From a virus (taxonomy: Duplodnaviria > Caudoviricetes), in IMG/VR virus record IMGVR_UViG_3300028903_000001, positions 32,001 through 96,000 of that record: 64,000 bases of DNA. One strand, given 5' to 3'. The notes under the pieces are model-generated. The model made no database searches. It was not told the origin of the DNA and saw only the letters and a program-made list of their open reading frames with translations. The position numbers were made by a program, and so were the translations under genes. Below, one piece after another: positions 9,070 through 17,202 of the stretch (positions within the stretch are counted from its first letter, which is position 1; each line of letters opens with the position of its first letter).

Positions 9070-9561
9070 TCAAAACTCGTCCCGCCACATCGGGTAGCAT
9101 GTGTTTTCGTAGACAACGCTCAAGTCGCCCATGGCGAATCGGATAAAGGTGGCTGGACTGAAAACGCAGTCCGATACCTCCACTCTGTAGCCCTTGTAGC
9201 CATAGGCTCGCATCGAGGCGGCGAGGATCTTGCCCTGGGCAAGAGCCGTGCTCTTTTCCTGCGGCAACGCTAGGACAGGTGTCGCCATACCTGCTCGGAG
9301 CCTGCTCTTGTCGTAGATGATGATCCACGAGACGGCTTGAGCCCCATCGTCATTGAGCCTTGAAACAGCGAAGCTATACGCCTCGTCGGCCCTGTCCGGG
9401 TCGAGACTTGGACCTTCCCGTCCCAGTGTCACGTCGGAAGCCTTCGGCGACGGGGGCCTACCCTCGGGTGGTTTGGTTGGCTGTCGCTGCTTCTCCTCGT
9501 CTCGAGAGACGAGATACCAGATGCCTAGCGCAGCGGCGATACCAACTACGGGAATCCACAT
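9070..9561 (-). CDS. N-terminally anchored membrane protein (paralogue family A)
   Basis: 163 aa, MWIPVVGIAAALGIWYLVSRDEEKQRQPTKPPEGRPP. Confidence 0.75.
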   Translation of the reverse strand: MWIPVVGIAAALGIWYLVSRDEEKQRQPTKPPEGRPPSPKASDVTLGREGPSLDPDRADEAYSFAVSRLNDDGAQAVSWIIIYDKSRLRAGMATPVLALPQEKSTALAQGKILAASMRAYGYKGYRVEVSDCVFSPATFIRFAMGDLSVVYENTCYPMWRDEF

Positions 9562-9568
9562 CGAAGTC

Positions 9569-10495
9569 CTACTTTCTCGTTAACAGGTAGGTAAGGAAGA
9601 GAGCCGCGCCGCCAGCGAACAGGATCGGTCCCCAACTCGTTCCCTCATCAGCCTTAGCGGTGGGTTCCACCGGCTCATCTAGAACCGGCGGGTCATGCAT
9701 GGTAGCAGAGCTAACCTCACTGGTTAGCTTCATCACCCGCTTGCCCTCATTCTGGGCAATGTATTCCACCATGGATTCTTTCGACATTGCCAATAAATCC
9801 CACAGTGGCAATGGGGCCATACCAAGCGAGGCTCTCACCTCGTTGTATTTTCTAAAGAGTTCGGCCAATTTCTTAACCTCTTCCCGCGTCTCCAGGTCCG
9901 AGGGGGTTACCCAATCCGGCATCCATTCTGGTCTCCTGCATTTACATATCAAGTCTCCCATTGGAGCAGTATACTTACCGGCGTCATATTCGTAGACGGA
10001 GAAGTCGAACATGTCCCAGAATAGAATATTATCTACCTGCTCCTGACTAGAGTAGCAGGGAAGGGCTGGGCTATTGGTTTTCCCTTCTTGAACCGCGAGT
10101 AGGAACTGACCAAGCCATCTGCCACATGTGCCGTTATCCATATCTGTGCTAAGGCTCGACATGTCTCTATCCGCGTCATACGCTACACGCCAATCGCTAC
10201 TGTACAATCTGGCCACGAATCCCATGTACCAGTGGCAGAATCGGCCCCATTGCTGCCAGTCAACGCTCTGCCCCTGCGGTCTCGACACAAAGGTCTTGCA
10301 GGGATCGGAGTAGATTCGGTCGATGAGCTTTGACACCTCCATCTCGAGCGCAGCGGCTTTGACCTTACCCGCTCTGAAGTACAATTCGACCTTGGCTATC
10401 TTCCATGCCCTTCCGAGGTCAACCTGCTTGTCCCAGAACGAGAACTGTGTGCCTTCGGGAAGCTCCTGAACCCTACCATTGGTTGCGTATAGCAT
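9569..10495 (-). CDS. Hypothetical protein with C-terminal TM anchor
   Basis: 308 aa, ends WGPILFAGGAALFLTYLLTRK; visibly lower GC than its neighbours. Confidence 0.7.
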   Translation of the reverse strand: MLYATNGRVQELPEGTQFSFWDKQVDLGRAWKIAKVELYFRAGKVKAAALEMEVSKLIDRIYSDPCKTFVSRPQGQSVDWQQWGRFCHWYMGFVARLYSSDWRVAYDADRDMSSLSTDMDNGTCGRWLGQFLLAVQEGKTNSPALPCYSSQEQVDNILFWDMFDFSVYEYDAGKYTAPMGDLICKCRRPEWMPDWVTPSDLETREEVKKLAELFRKYNEVRASLGMAPLPLWDLLAMSKESMVEYIAQNEGKRVMKLTSEVSSATMHDPPVLDEPVEPTAKADEGTSWGPILFAGGAALFLTYLLTRK

Positions 10496-10505
10496 TGTCT
10501 TGTCC

Positions 10506-11924
10506 TCATATGTGCCAGAAAAGCCTATTCGAATCTGCGAAGGCCAGAGCCTGCTCCCTCACCAACCAGGCATATTCCCACTGCGCAGCGGCGTCTCCAG
10601 ACTCGAGAGCACGCTTCGCCGCCATCGACACGTCGATGGGCAGGATCTTGCCGTTGAACCCAACCGCGCCCAGCATCTGCTTGACCTCTCTGATCAGGTA
10701 GCTGGGGCACGTCGCGAGCGGAAAGGTGTCGGCCACTGCGACACTGGCTCCCACCTTGACCTCGAGGTATGGGTAGCGAAGGTCGGTGAGATCCGTTGCT
10801 GCCTCGATCTGGCTGCGGGTCATTTTCGGCTTCCACCTAGCCCTGATCCGCTTCATGCGACCAGCGACATCAGACACAGACTTGGCGAGGTGGGCCTCGT
10901 GACCCAGCGATGTAGTGCCCTCGGCGAGCCGGGGCCCGAGCACGTTCATGTGACCATAGGCTCTTGGGCTCCAGTTTCCGGTAAGCTGCTCAAAAAGCTC
11001 AACGGAAGCGGACCTTTCGAAGTCTCTAGTCGTTTCGGTCCACGCATCGGTCTTGTAGACCAGCGCTGGCCATCCCTTCACCTTCTCGGGCCGAAGCGAA
11101 CGAGAGGCGAGGGGAATGCGAGCGAAAAGGGTCAATAGGCCGAAGTTGGTAGCCGGAACATCGGACAGGGCAAGGCTGGGGTAGAGCATCGCGTTGCCGC
11201 AGCGCTGAATCCCCGCAATGACTTGCTCCAATGGGGCCGAGTACATGCCAATGTTGATGCAGCGCGTTAGCAGAATCTGCTGGCCCTTGACCACGCCTAC
11301 GATTCCGCCCTCGTCAACGGTTAGCTTCGGCGCGACGGTGCAGAAGTCTACGCCTGGAGCGACTCTTCGCTCCATCTCGCCACGGCTCCACTGCGCCTCA
11401 ACATCGACCTCCATCAGCCCACTCGGAGCAGTGCCGTGAAGCACCTTTCTCTTCTTGGCCGAGTAGTAGGGCATGGTCTTATCGATATGAGACAGGTCAT
11501 TGAACCAGGGCTTGCCCTCGAGCGGCATGACTGTGAAGTCAACCCTTGACTCTTCCAGGGATGACCTGAGCGTTGACTCTATGCCTTCAAAAATCTCGTC
11601 AACCGACACGTCTCTGCGATCGGAACTGAAGATTTGACCCACCCCTCCACGGACCGATGTGCCCCAGCCCCCTTTTTCGAGACTAGCATCTTCGAATCCG
11701 AGTAGGTGTTGAAGCTGAATCTCAAGCCTGCGTTCGTAATTGTTGAGTGGATACTTGAGTTTGCCGAAAAGCCTCGCCTCGAGCCTGTCGGCCCTGCCCT
11801 GAATCGCGACGCGATATGTCTTGTCGGGCATGACCCAGGCAAGCACGTCTGAGCCGCCCATCTGCTTCGTACCGTCCCAGCGGAGCAAGCCATCGGCTCG
11901 TTTCTTGAGAAGTTCGGGAATCAT
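10506..11924 (-). CDS. Hypothetical protein, C-terminal half resembles a domain of phage large polyvalent proteins
   Basis: 472 aa; PSLAL...TNFGLLTLF...VYKTDAWT...YLEVK pattern recalled from DarB-like/polyvalent phage proteins. Not verified. Confidence 0.5.
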   Translation of the reverse strand: MIPELLKKRADGLLRWDGTKQMGGSDVLAWVMPDKTYRVAIQGRADRLEARLFGKLKYPLNNYERRLEIQLQHLLGFEDASLEKGGWGTSVRGGVGQIFSSDRRDVSVDEIFEGIESTLRSSLEESRVDFTVMPLEGKPWFNDLSHIDKTMPYYSAKKRKVLHGTAPSGLMEVDVEAQWSRGEMERRVAPGVDFCTVAPKLTVDEGGIVGVVKGQQILLTRCINIGMYSAPLEQVIAGIQRCGNAMLYPSLALSDVPATNFGLLTLFARIPLASRSLRPEKVKGWPALVYKTDAWTETTRDFERSASVELFEQLTGNWSPRAYGHMNVLGPRLAEGTTSLGHEAHLAKSVSDVAGRMKRIRARWKPKMTRSQIEAATDLTDLRYPYLEVKVGASVAVADTFPLATCPSYLIREVKQMLGAVGFNGKILPIDVSMAAKRALESGDAAAQWEYAWLVREQALAFADSNRLFWHI

Positions 11925-13078
11925 CGTCCGGTCCTCTCCATTGTCGGGTTACCTCTGGCAACAACTGCCTTGCAGTTCTGCGACACCGCTCTTCCCTGCC
12001 TGATCCACGTCTTGCAGATTTGGCCCAGTGTCGCCACGGCTCCAGGGCTTCTCTTTCCCGACACGACATTGTATGCGGCGAGCGTCGCCTTGGTCCTGAC
12101 GCTTGGCTCTCTCTGCTCACTCTGTCCGCTTCTCAGCATGGACAAGCAGATGTTGACGTAGGCTGTCTCATAGTCCCTCTTCAACCTGGCCCCGTCCCTA
12201 TAGTGCTTGTTCAGCAGAGTTAGCGAGTACTTCTTCCTGGCCGGGGAGTCGAGCCGGTACTTTCGCTGCTGCGGCAGCGCGAACAGGGCTAGGCTCATCC
12301 GTTTTCGCTGTTCAGGCGTGACCGGGTTGGGTTTAGCCACGACGGTATGTGTGCCGGGGACATCTCGGATATCCGCGTCGTAAAGCGCTCTGGCGAGCTT
12401 CTGGTAGACCTTGCGCTTATTGCGCTCTGTCAGATACGGCTCAACCCTGATCCAGGTCGGGGAGTTGAGATAGGCGAGCATGCTCAACTTGACCCTGGCG
12501 GGAGTCGAGGCGCGAAGCAGTAGCGCCTCATCGACAACCTGCTGAGAAAACGCCTCAACCTCTTCCGCATCGTTGTAGTAGGCCGACTTATCGCCAGGTT
12601 TCAAGGCGTACGAGGGCCGGTTCGGTGACCAGGGAGACCTGGCGACATGTGTCGCCTCGTGCTTGAGTACGTTAAGGATAGCCTGATGCAGATCGCGGCG
12701 AGAATACACGCTCCAAGCGCCGAGGCTGGGCCGAATCGGCACGTATAGGCTCAGGACTCCTCCGATCTTCTTCCCTTTCTCTGCTACACTTAGGTATCCA
12801 AAGCTTCCACCGAAAGATATCCTCGAGCTATCGTTGAAAATGACCTGGGTCACAATGGGAACGGTGATGTTTCCATTGGTGGTAGGCATCTCGATCTCGT
12901 GCCGATCCAGTTCCTCACCGTACACGAATGGAGACTTGTCTCTGTCGAACTCTCCAAGAGCCTCTTCGTTCAGCTTGTCCCGGATCCGTTCGCTAATCTT
13001 ACCAGCGATGATCGAGGCAGACTTCCTAAGCTGCTCGGAGTCGATGCGGACCGGGGCGGGATTGCTGCGACGTGCCAT
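11921..13078 (-). CDS. Zincin-like metallopeptidase-motif protein with three Asn-Pro motifs
   Basis: 385 aa; LKHEATH (HExxH) followed by YYNDAEEVEAF (third-ligand Glu); RRSNP, AKPNP and ARGNP at the N-terminus, domain boundary and C-terminus. Confidence 0.65.
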   Translation of the reverse strand: MARRSNPAPVRIDSEQLRKSASIIAGKISERIRDKLNEEALGEFDRDKSPFVYGEELDRHEIEMPTTNGNITVPIVTQVIFNDSSRISFGGSFGYLSVAEKGKKIGGVLSLYVPIRPSLGAWSVYSRRDLHQAILNVLKHEATHVARSPWSPNRPSYALKPGDKSAYYNDAEEVEAFSQQVVDEALLLRASTPARVKLSMLAYLNSPTWIRVEPYLTERNKRKVYQKLARALYDADIRDVPGTHTVVAKPNPVTPEQRKRMSLALFALPQQRKYRLDSPARKKYSLTLLNKHYRDGARLKRDYETAYVNICLSMLRSGQSEQREPSVRTKATLAAYNVVSGKRSPGAVATLGQICKTWIRQGRAVSQNCKAVVARGNPTMERTGR

Positions 13079-13198
13079 GCCTGGCAGTCTACAGCCGAGA
13101 CTGCGCTACGGCAACGTTGTCGCGCCGCCAAAGAATCGATCCAGCCTGGTCGTGACGTGCATCGCTGTCACGTTGGAAGCCACTTGCTTGTTTGACGA

Positions 13199-13450
13199 CT
13201 ACTTCCCCAGCTTCAGCCGCATCACTTCGGCTGGAGTGATCACGATCTTGAGCCTGCCCAGCTTACGGCAGACATCGACCGGGCCCATGGAGAAGAATTT
13301 CTTCTCCTCTCTCGGAATGACCCGGCTGCCCATGTGACGGACATAGGGCATGATGACTGCGAGTTCCTGATCCGTGAACTGTCGTTGATTTTCTGACATC
13401 AGAACCTTCCTTGCAGCCAGCGCACGGTCGAACGGAACCCGTCGAGCCAT
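13199..13450 (-). CDS. Small hypothetical protein
   Basis: 83 aa, co-directional with the operon. Confidence 0.5.
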   Translation of the reverse strand: MARRVPFDRALAARKVLMSENQRQFTDQELAVIMPYVRHMGSRVIPREEKKFFSMGPVDVCRKLGRLKIVITPAEVMRLKLGK

Positions 13451-13644
13451 TCGCGCGAGCAGTAGCCGTAACCATCATCATCGACTCGCCACCCGCTGTG
13501 AGGCGATGCTTGGGCAGATACGATCTCGGGCACCGACATGTCTAGGCTCGATACTTCGACGCCGATCTGCACCGTAATCGGGTCGCCACCCGTGAGCGGG
13601 CCAATCGGAGGTTCCACCATTTGCTCGTCGCCGCTGTTTCGCAT
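13399..13644 (-). CDS. Small hypothetical virion-module protein
   Basis: 81 aa starting 1 nt after the upstream stop; positional counterpart of 14840..15298. Confidence 0.5.
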   Translation of the reverse strand: MRNSGDEQMVEPPIGPLTGGDPITVQIGVEVSSLDMSVPEIVSAQASPHSGWRVDDDGYGYCSREWLDGFRSTVRWLQGRF

Positions 13645-13645
13645 C

Positions 13646-13894
13646 TCAGTTATTCCAACTCGCCTGGATCGTGATGTTCGTTATGGGTTGACCGCTAGGG
13701 TTGCTGCTGTTCGGCGCGCCTACCGCGATCCACGTCTCGTAGTCCGACGTGCCGGGACGCCAGCCGCGCATCAAGTATCGCATGGCTCCCGGAGCGGGAA
13801 TGATTTGCGTGTGGTAAGACGAGGCCAGTGGGTCTGCGGGTCCACCCGTAGCCTCACTACCATCATCTCTTATCTCGGCAGTATAGTCAGCCAT
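13646..13894 (-). CDS. Small protein, paralogue of 15305..15490
   Basis: 82 aa from ATG 13894 (TAATG coupling): MADY...YLMRGWRPGTSDYETWIAVGAPNSSNPSGQPITNITIQASWN, identical C-terminal ~42 aa in both copies. Confidence 0.75.
   Translation of the reverse strand: MADYTAEIRDDGSEATGGPADPLASSYHTQIIPAPGAMRYLMRGWRPGTSDYETWIAVGAPNSSNPSGQPITNITIQASWNN
13653..13777. repeat. ~125-bp direct repeat, copy 1
   Basis: TTCCAACTCGCCTGGATCGTGATG...CCGCGCATCAAGTA, nearly identical (about 4 synonymous differences) to 15309..15433. Confidence 0.9.
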
Positions 13895-14832
13895 TAGATC
13901 ACCGGAACCGAGCCGTCCCACGGAAATACTACGCCAGCGAGGTAGATATAGTCCCGTACACCAACTACTGATAGCGTGTCCGCTGGAGAACGAACGACCC
14001 CAGACGCTTTCATCACTGTACCGATTCCTTTCCATCCACTCGGAGCAGCACCAGCCCCCACTCTACGCGCCCACATCAAAGGTATCACATCATCTTTTGC
14101 AGAAAACGGGTTAGTACCTATGCTGCTGCTCGCGTCGTATGCTGGGATACTGCCATTACCTCCGCTATTATCCATAAGTCTGCATGGAGGACATCCAGTG
14201 TATGAAGCCCCCAATAACGCCCTGCCTCCAGCTTGTGTTGTTGAAGCGTTAGCGATCCAGAAATAATTTTTCACTAAGTCGGCATTTTGAAAAAACCGAC
14301 CAAATACAACGGGATCCGGGTCTAACGAGTCGGGTGAGTCTACGGGATCCATAACAAAAATGCCTGCACTGGTTTCAGAACCTCCGTTGGGTATGGTGAG
14401 CCAGTATGCGCCATAAGGAGGTGCGTCATCTGCTCCACAGTGCCCCCTGTAGTTAGATATGGTTAGGAGATGAGTTCCGGCTGTACCAGTGCTCCAGATG
14501 TTCGTCTCATCTGCGGCTGTTGGCATAGTTTCTTTGTCCCCACCGGTAATAAAATGCGCAAGGCGACTGTACTTGATCCACCAAGTGTAGTCTGCCACGC
14601 TTCCTCTTTGGATACATAGCTCGCGGTTACCGTCAGGAGCTTGCATTCTAACCCAAGCTCGTGAAGCGTTCATTTGCGTCCCGTTCGTGACAGCCCCTGG
14701 ACCAAGGGCACCAGCGGTCCCGCCACCGTCCATTGGTTTCGTCCACCCAGCCAACATGAGTGTGGACACGAAATTCCAAATGTGTGTACCGCCATTGGCA
14801 GGAGTCTGGTTTACTGTGAATTGCCAGGTCAT
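13894..14832 (-). CDS. Putative spike/receptor-binding subunit, paralogue of 15493..16389
   Basis: Probable start MTWQFTVNQ (GAGG RBS); shares GWT.P, W..(M/L)..PD, ADDA.PYG, DPDP, IP..(W/F)AR..G, S.WKG..T and PW..G motifs with the paralogue; lower GC. Confidence 0.65.
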   Translation of the reverse strand: MTWQFTVNQTPANGGTHIWNFVSTLMLAGWTKPMDGGGTAGALGPGAVTNGTQMNASRAWVRMQAPDGNRELCIQRGSVADYTWWIKYSRLAHFITGGDKETMPTAADETNIWSTGTAGTHLLTISNYRGHCGADDAPPYGAYWLTIPNGGSETSAGIFVMDPVDSPDSLDPDPVVFGRFFQNADLVKNYFWIANASTTQAGGRALLGASYTGCPPCRLMDNSGGNGSIPAYDASSSIGTNPFSAKDDVIPLMWARRVGAGAAPSGWKGIGTVMKASGVVRSPADTLSVVGVRDYIYLAGVVFPWDGSVPVI

Positions 14833-14839
14833 GTCATCC

Positions 14840-15298
14840 TCACGACGTTTCGAACAGAAGGTCAGCGGAGTAGCACGTCGCCACATTCGTTGCGTCGGCC
14901 ACGTTGATTCTCAGCCTGCACTCGAACACGCCTTTGCCGGTGAAGCCCGCGAAGGCTGCGGCAACGTCGATCTCGTAGGCCGATGGCAGCAGCGGGTTCG
15001 TCGCGGGTCCACCGGGAGGCGGCGAGCCGGTCGTGGTGTCGATTGTTGAGCCTGCAACCACGCCTGGCGCGCCGAGCACACCGTCTTTGTCGTACAGGTC
15101 AATCACGGCTTCCCGGCCCACGGCGGCGCTCGTCGTGCTCAGGATGACCTGGAACCTCACGCTGACCAGCGGAAGTGTGGACAGGTCGATGTACGTCGCG
15201 CCGATCGTGGTGGGCGTGTCGAGAAGCGTGCTCTGCGTCGTGCCGCAGACCGGAACCCGTGTGGGCTTTGCGCCCTGAATCACCATTGAGCTTCGCAT
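14840..15298 (-). CDS. Small beta-rich virion-module protein
   Basis: 152 aa, Thr/Val-rich strands, GAGG RBS. Confidence 0.6.
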   Translation of the reverse strand: MRSSMVIQGAKPTRVPVCGTTQSTLLDTPTTIGATYIDLSTLPLVSVRFQVILSTTSAAVGREAVIDLYDKDGVLGAPGVVAGSTIDTTTGSPPPGGPATNPLLPSAYEIDVAAAFAGFTGKGVFECRLRINVADATNVATCYSADLLFETS

Positions 15299-15304
15299 AT
15301 CGCC

Positions 15305-15490
15305 TCAGTTCCAACTCGCCTGAATCGTGATGTTCGTTATGGGTTGACCGCTAGGGTTACTGCTGTTGGGCGCGCCTACCGCGATCCACGTCTCGTAGTC
15401 CGACGTGCCGGGACGCCAGCCGCGCATCAGGTAGTAGGGGCCGTCCGCACCGGGAAATTCGACCAGAAAGTCTGCTGCGTAGTCTGCCAT
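15305..15490 (-). CDS. Small protein, paralogue of 13646..13894
   Basis: 61 aa MADY...YLMRGWRPGTSDYETW...QASWN. Confidence 0.75.
   Translation of the reverse strand: MADYAADFLVEFPGADGPYYLMRGWRPGTSDYETWIAVGAPNSSNPSGQPITNITIQASWN
15309..15433. repeat. ~125-bp direct repeat, copy 2
   Basis: Near-identical to 13653..13777. Confidence 0.9.
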
Positions 15491-15492
15491 GG

Positions 15493-16389
15493 CTATGCCG
15501 GGACAACCCCGTTCTCCCAGGGAATGCAGATGTCATCGTTTGATCCGCAGACCACATAGCTGCGGGTGCCACTCGTGAGCGTGCTCTTGAAGGCCCGCGT
15601 CGTTCCCACCCACCGTGTGAGCGTACTGAAACCCTTCCAACTCGACGTACCAGCAACGCCAGTGGACCTGGCGAACGGGATCGGAATCGTCGCATCTTCA
15701 CCGCTGCCCGAGTAGGGATTCACGCCGCAACCGTTGGGAAACGAGACCGGGCCGGATGTGGAGAAGATTTGGCTACCGGGAATGGCTCCCCATGTCGCAC
15801 CGCTCCAACCCTTCGCCGTGAGGCTGGTCGCAGTGTCCCCGGTCTCGGTGACTCGCCAGCGATCATAGGCAATGCCATGGCCGCAAAGGTAGGGGTCTGG
15901 GTCGTCGGCGTAGCCCTGCGTCACAGGCTCGTAAATGATCATCCCGCCGAAGTTTGCGCCGCTCCAGCCATAGCTGACCCAGCCGTAGGGAGCCGCGTCA
16001 TCCGCGACATGATTCCACGTCGCGGCACCGATGAAGGTGAACGTCGCGTCGGTTTGGATGAACTGCTCGTCAGCCGCCGTCGCTCTCACCGCAGCCGCGC
16101 CGCCGATGAACAGGGCACCCTTTGAGTAGAGGATGTCCCACTGCTCCTTGCCCGCCGTGCCGCCCATCGAGAAGAGCCATTCCGCGCCAGAGTCTGGCCT
16201 GCGAAGCACCATCCACGAGTTGGCGTTTTCTAGATCTGCGATGGCGGCGATGAAGTCTCCCGCGCCACCGCTCGCCCCATTGCCGCTTCTCGGCACGGTC
16301 CAGCCCACGCTGGTAAGCAAGACCTTGAACCCGTACAACGCCGCAGAGCCGCTTGCAACCACACTGTTGGATACGAATTGGAGCGTCAT
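15493..16389 (-). CDS. Putative spike/receptor-binding subunit, paralogue of 13894..14832
   Basis: 298 aa, Gly/Ser/Trp-rich, shared motifs with the paralogue. Confidence 0.65.
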   Translation of the reverse strand: MTLQFVSNSVVASGSAALYGFKVLLTSVGWTVPRSGNGASGGAGDFIAAIADLENANSWMVLRRPDSGAEWLFSMGGTAGKEQWDILYSKGALFIGGAAAVRATAADEQFIQTDATFTFIGAATWNHVADDAAPYGWVSYGWSGANFGGMIIYEPVTQGYADDPDPYLCGHGIAYDRWRVTETGDTATSLTAKGWSGATWGAIPGSQIFSTSGPVSFPNGCGVNPYSGSGEDATIPIPFARSTGVAGTSSWKGFSTLTRWVGTTRAFKSTLTSGTRSYVVCGSNDDICIPWENGVVPA

Positions 16390-16392
16390 GGC

Positions 16393-17169
16393 TCACACCG
16401 GGGTGTACTTTGCATTGTCAAGAACGTGGATTTCTGCCCGCATCCTCGCGTCGAGAATGCCTGCCATATGCTCGGTAAAGGCGAAGGGGTAGACGGCAAG
16501 CGTATGGATAATGCCGTCTTCGAAGTGGGGATCGACTGTCACCGGGTCGGGGGCGACAGTGAACCAAGACGCGCCAATGATTGCGTCGAGCCCGCTCACG
16601 ATCGTTCCGGCCACGCTTCCAGAAGCAGAGTCCCATGGCACCAGTTTGCCGTCGAGAAATAGTGTCAGACCAGAGGCGTTGCCAGAACCATCGCAGGCAA
16701 CGATGACGCTGCGCTGCTGCTTATCCTCCACGTCCGCAGATGGTAAGACATTGAAGATCGCACTGGCCACCGTTGTTCCATCTTCCAGGAACATCTCAAC
16801 CGTGCTCTGCGTCAGAATCATGTACACTCCTACCGCGTCGATGGGGTGGAGCGTAGAGAAGACGGGCGCAGCCGATGTGGGCAAGTTGCTCACCAGCGCC
16901 GCGATGGTGAAGGGCTGCGCATCAACGATGCAGTTGGCTGGGGCCGTGGCGTAGTCGGTGGAGCCGTTGCCGAAGCCGATACCCCTGCGGGTGTCGAGTT
17001 GGGCCGGGAACGTGGCGGGCGTGACCCCGTCGCCCATGGTGCAGTATTGGGGCCTGGGAGCCTTGCCGCCGCAGTTGCCCGTGACCTGGACACCACCGTC
17101 CACGAACTGCCGATCAAAGGGCAGGTAGATGTTGGCGTTGCGTGCCGAGACTCGTTGTGCGCTGTACAT
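16393..17169 (-). CDS. LamG/concanavalin A-like lectin domain protein
   Basis: GIGFGNGSTDY, PFTIAALV, LTLFLDGKL, AIIGA, FEDG.I..LAVY pattern typical of LamG-like domains. Confidence 0.65.
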   Translation of the reverse strand: MYSAQRVSARNANIYLPFDRQFVDGGVQVTGNCGGKAPRPQYCTMGDGVTPATFPAQLDTRRGIGFGNGSTDYATAPANCIVDAQPFTIAALVSNLPTSAAPVFSTLHPIDAVGVYMILTQSTVEMFLEDGTTVASAIFNVLPSADVEDKQQRSVIVACDGSGNASGLTLFLDGKLVPWDSASGSVAGTIVSGLDAIIGASWFTVAPDPVTVDPHFEDGIIHTLAVYPFAFTEHMAGILDARMRAEIHVLDNAKYTPV

Positions 17170-17202
17170 TTACCTATTCCCTGCCCACTAGAGGCATAAC
17201 GG

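Noticed and set aside
13646-15490. 125-bp repeat pair as a diversity-generating retroelement TR/VR
   Set aside because: No reverse transcriptase in the window, differences are few and synonymous rather than adenine-specific, and both copies are coding.
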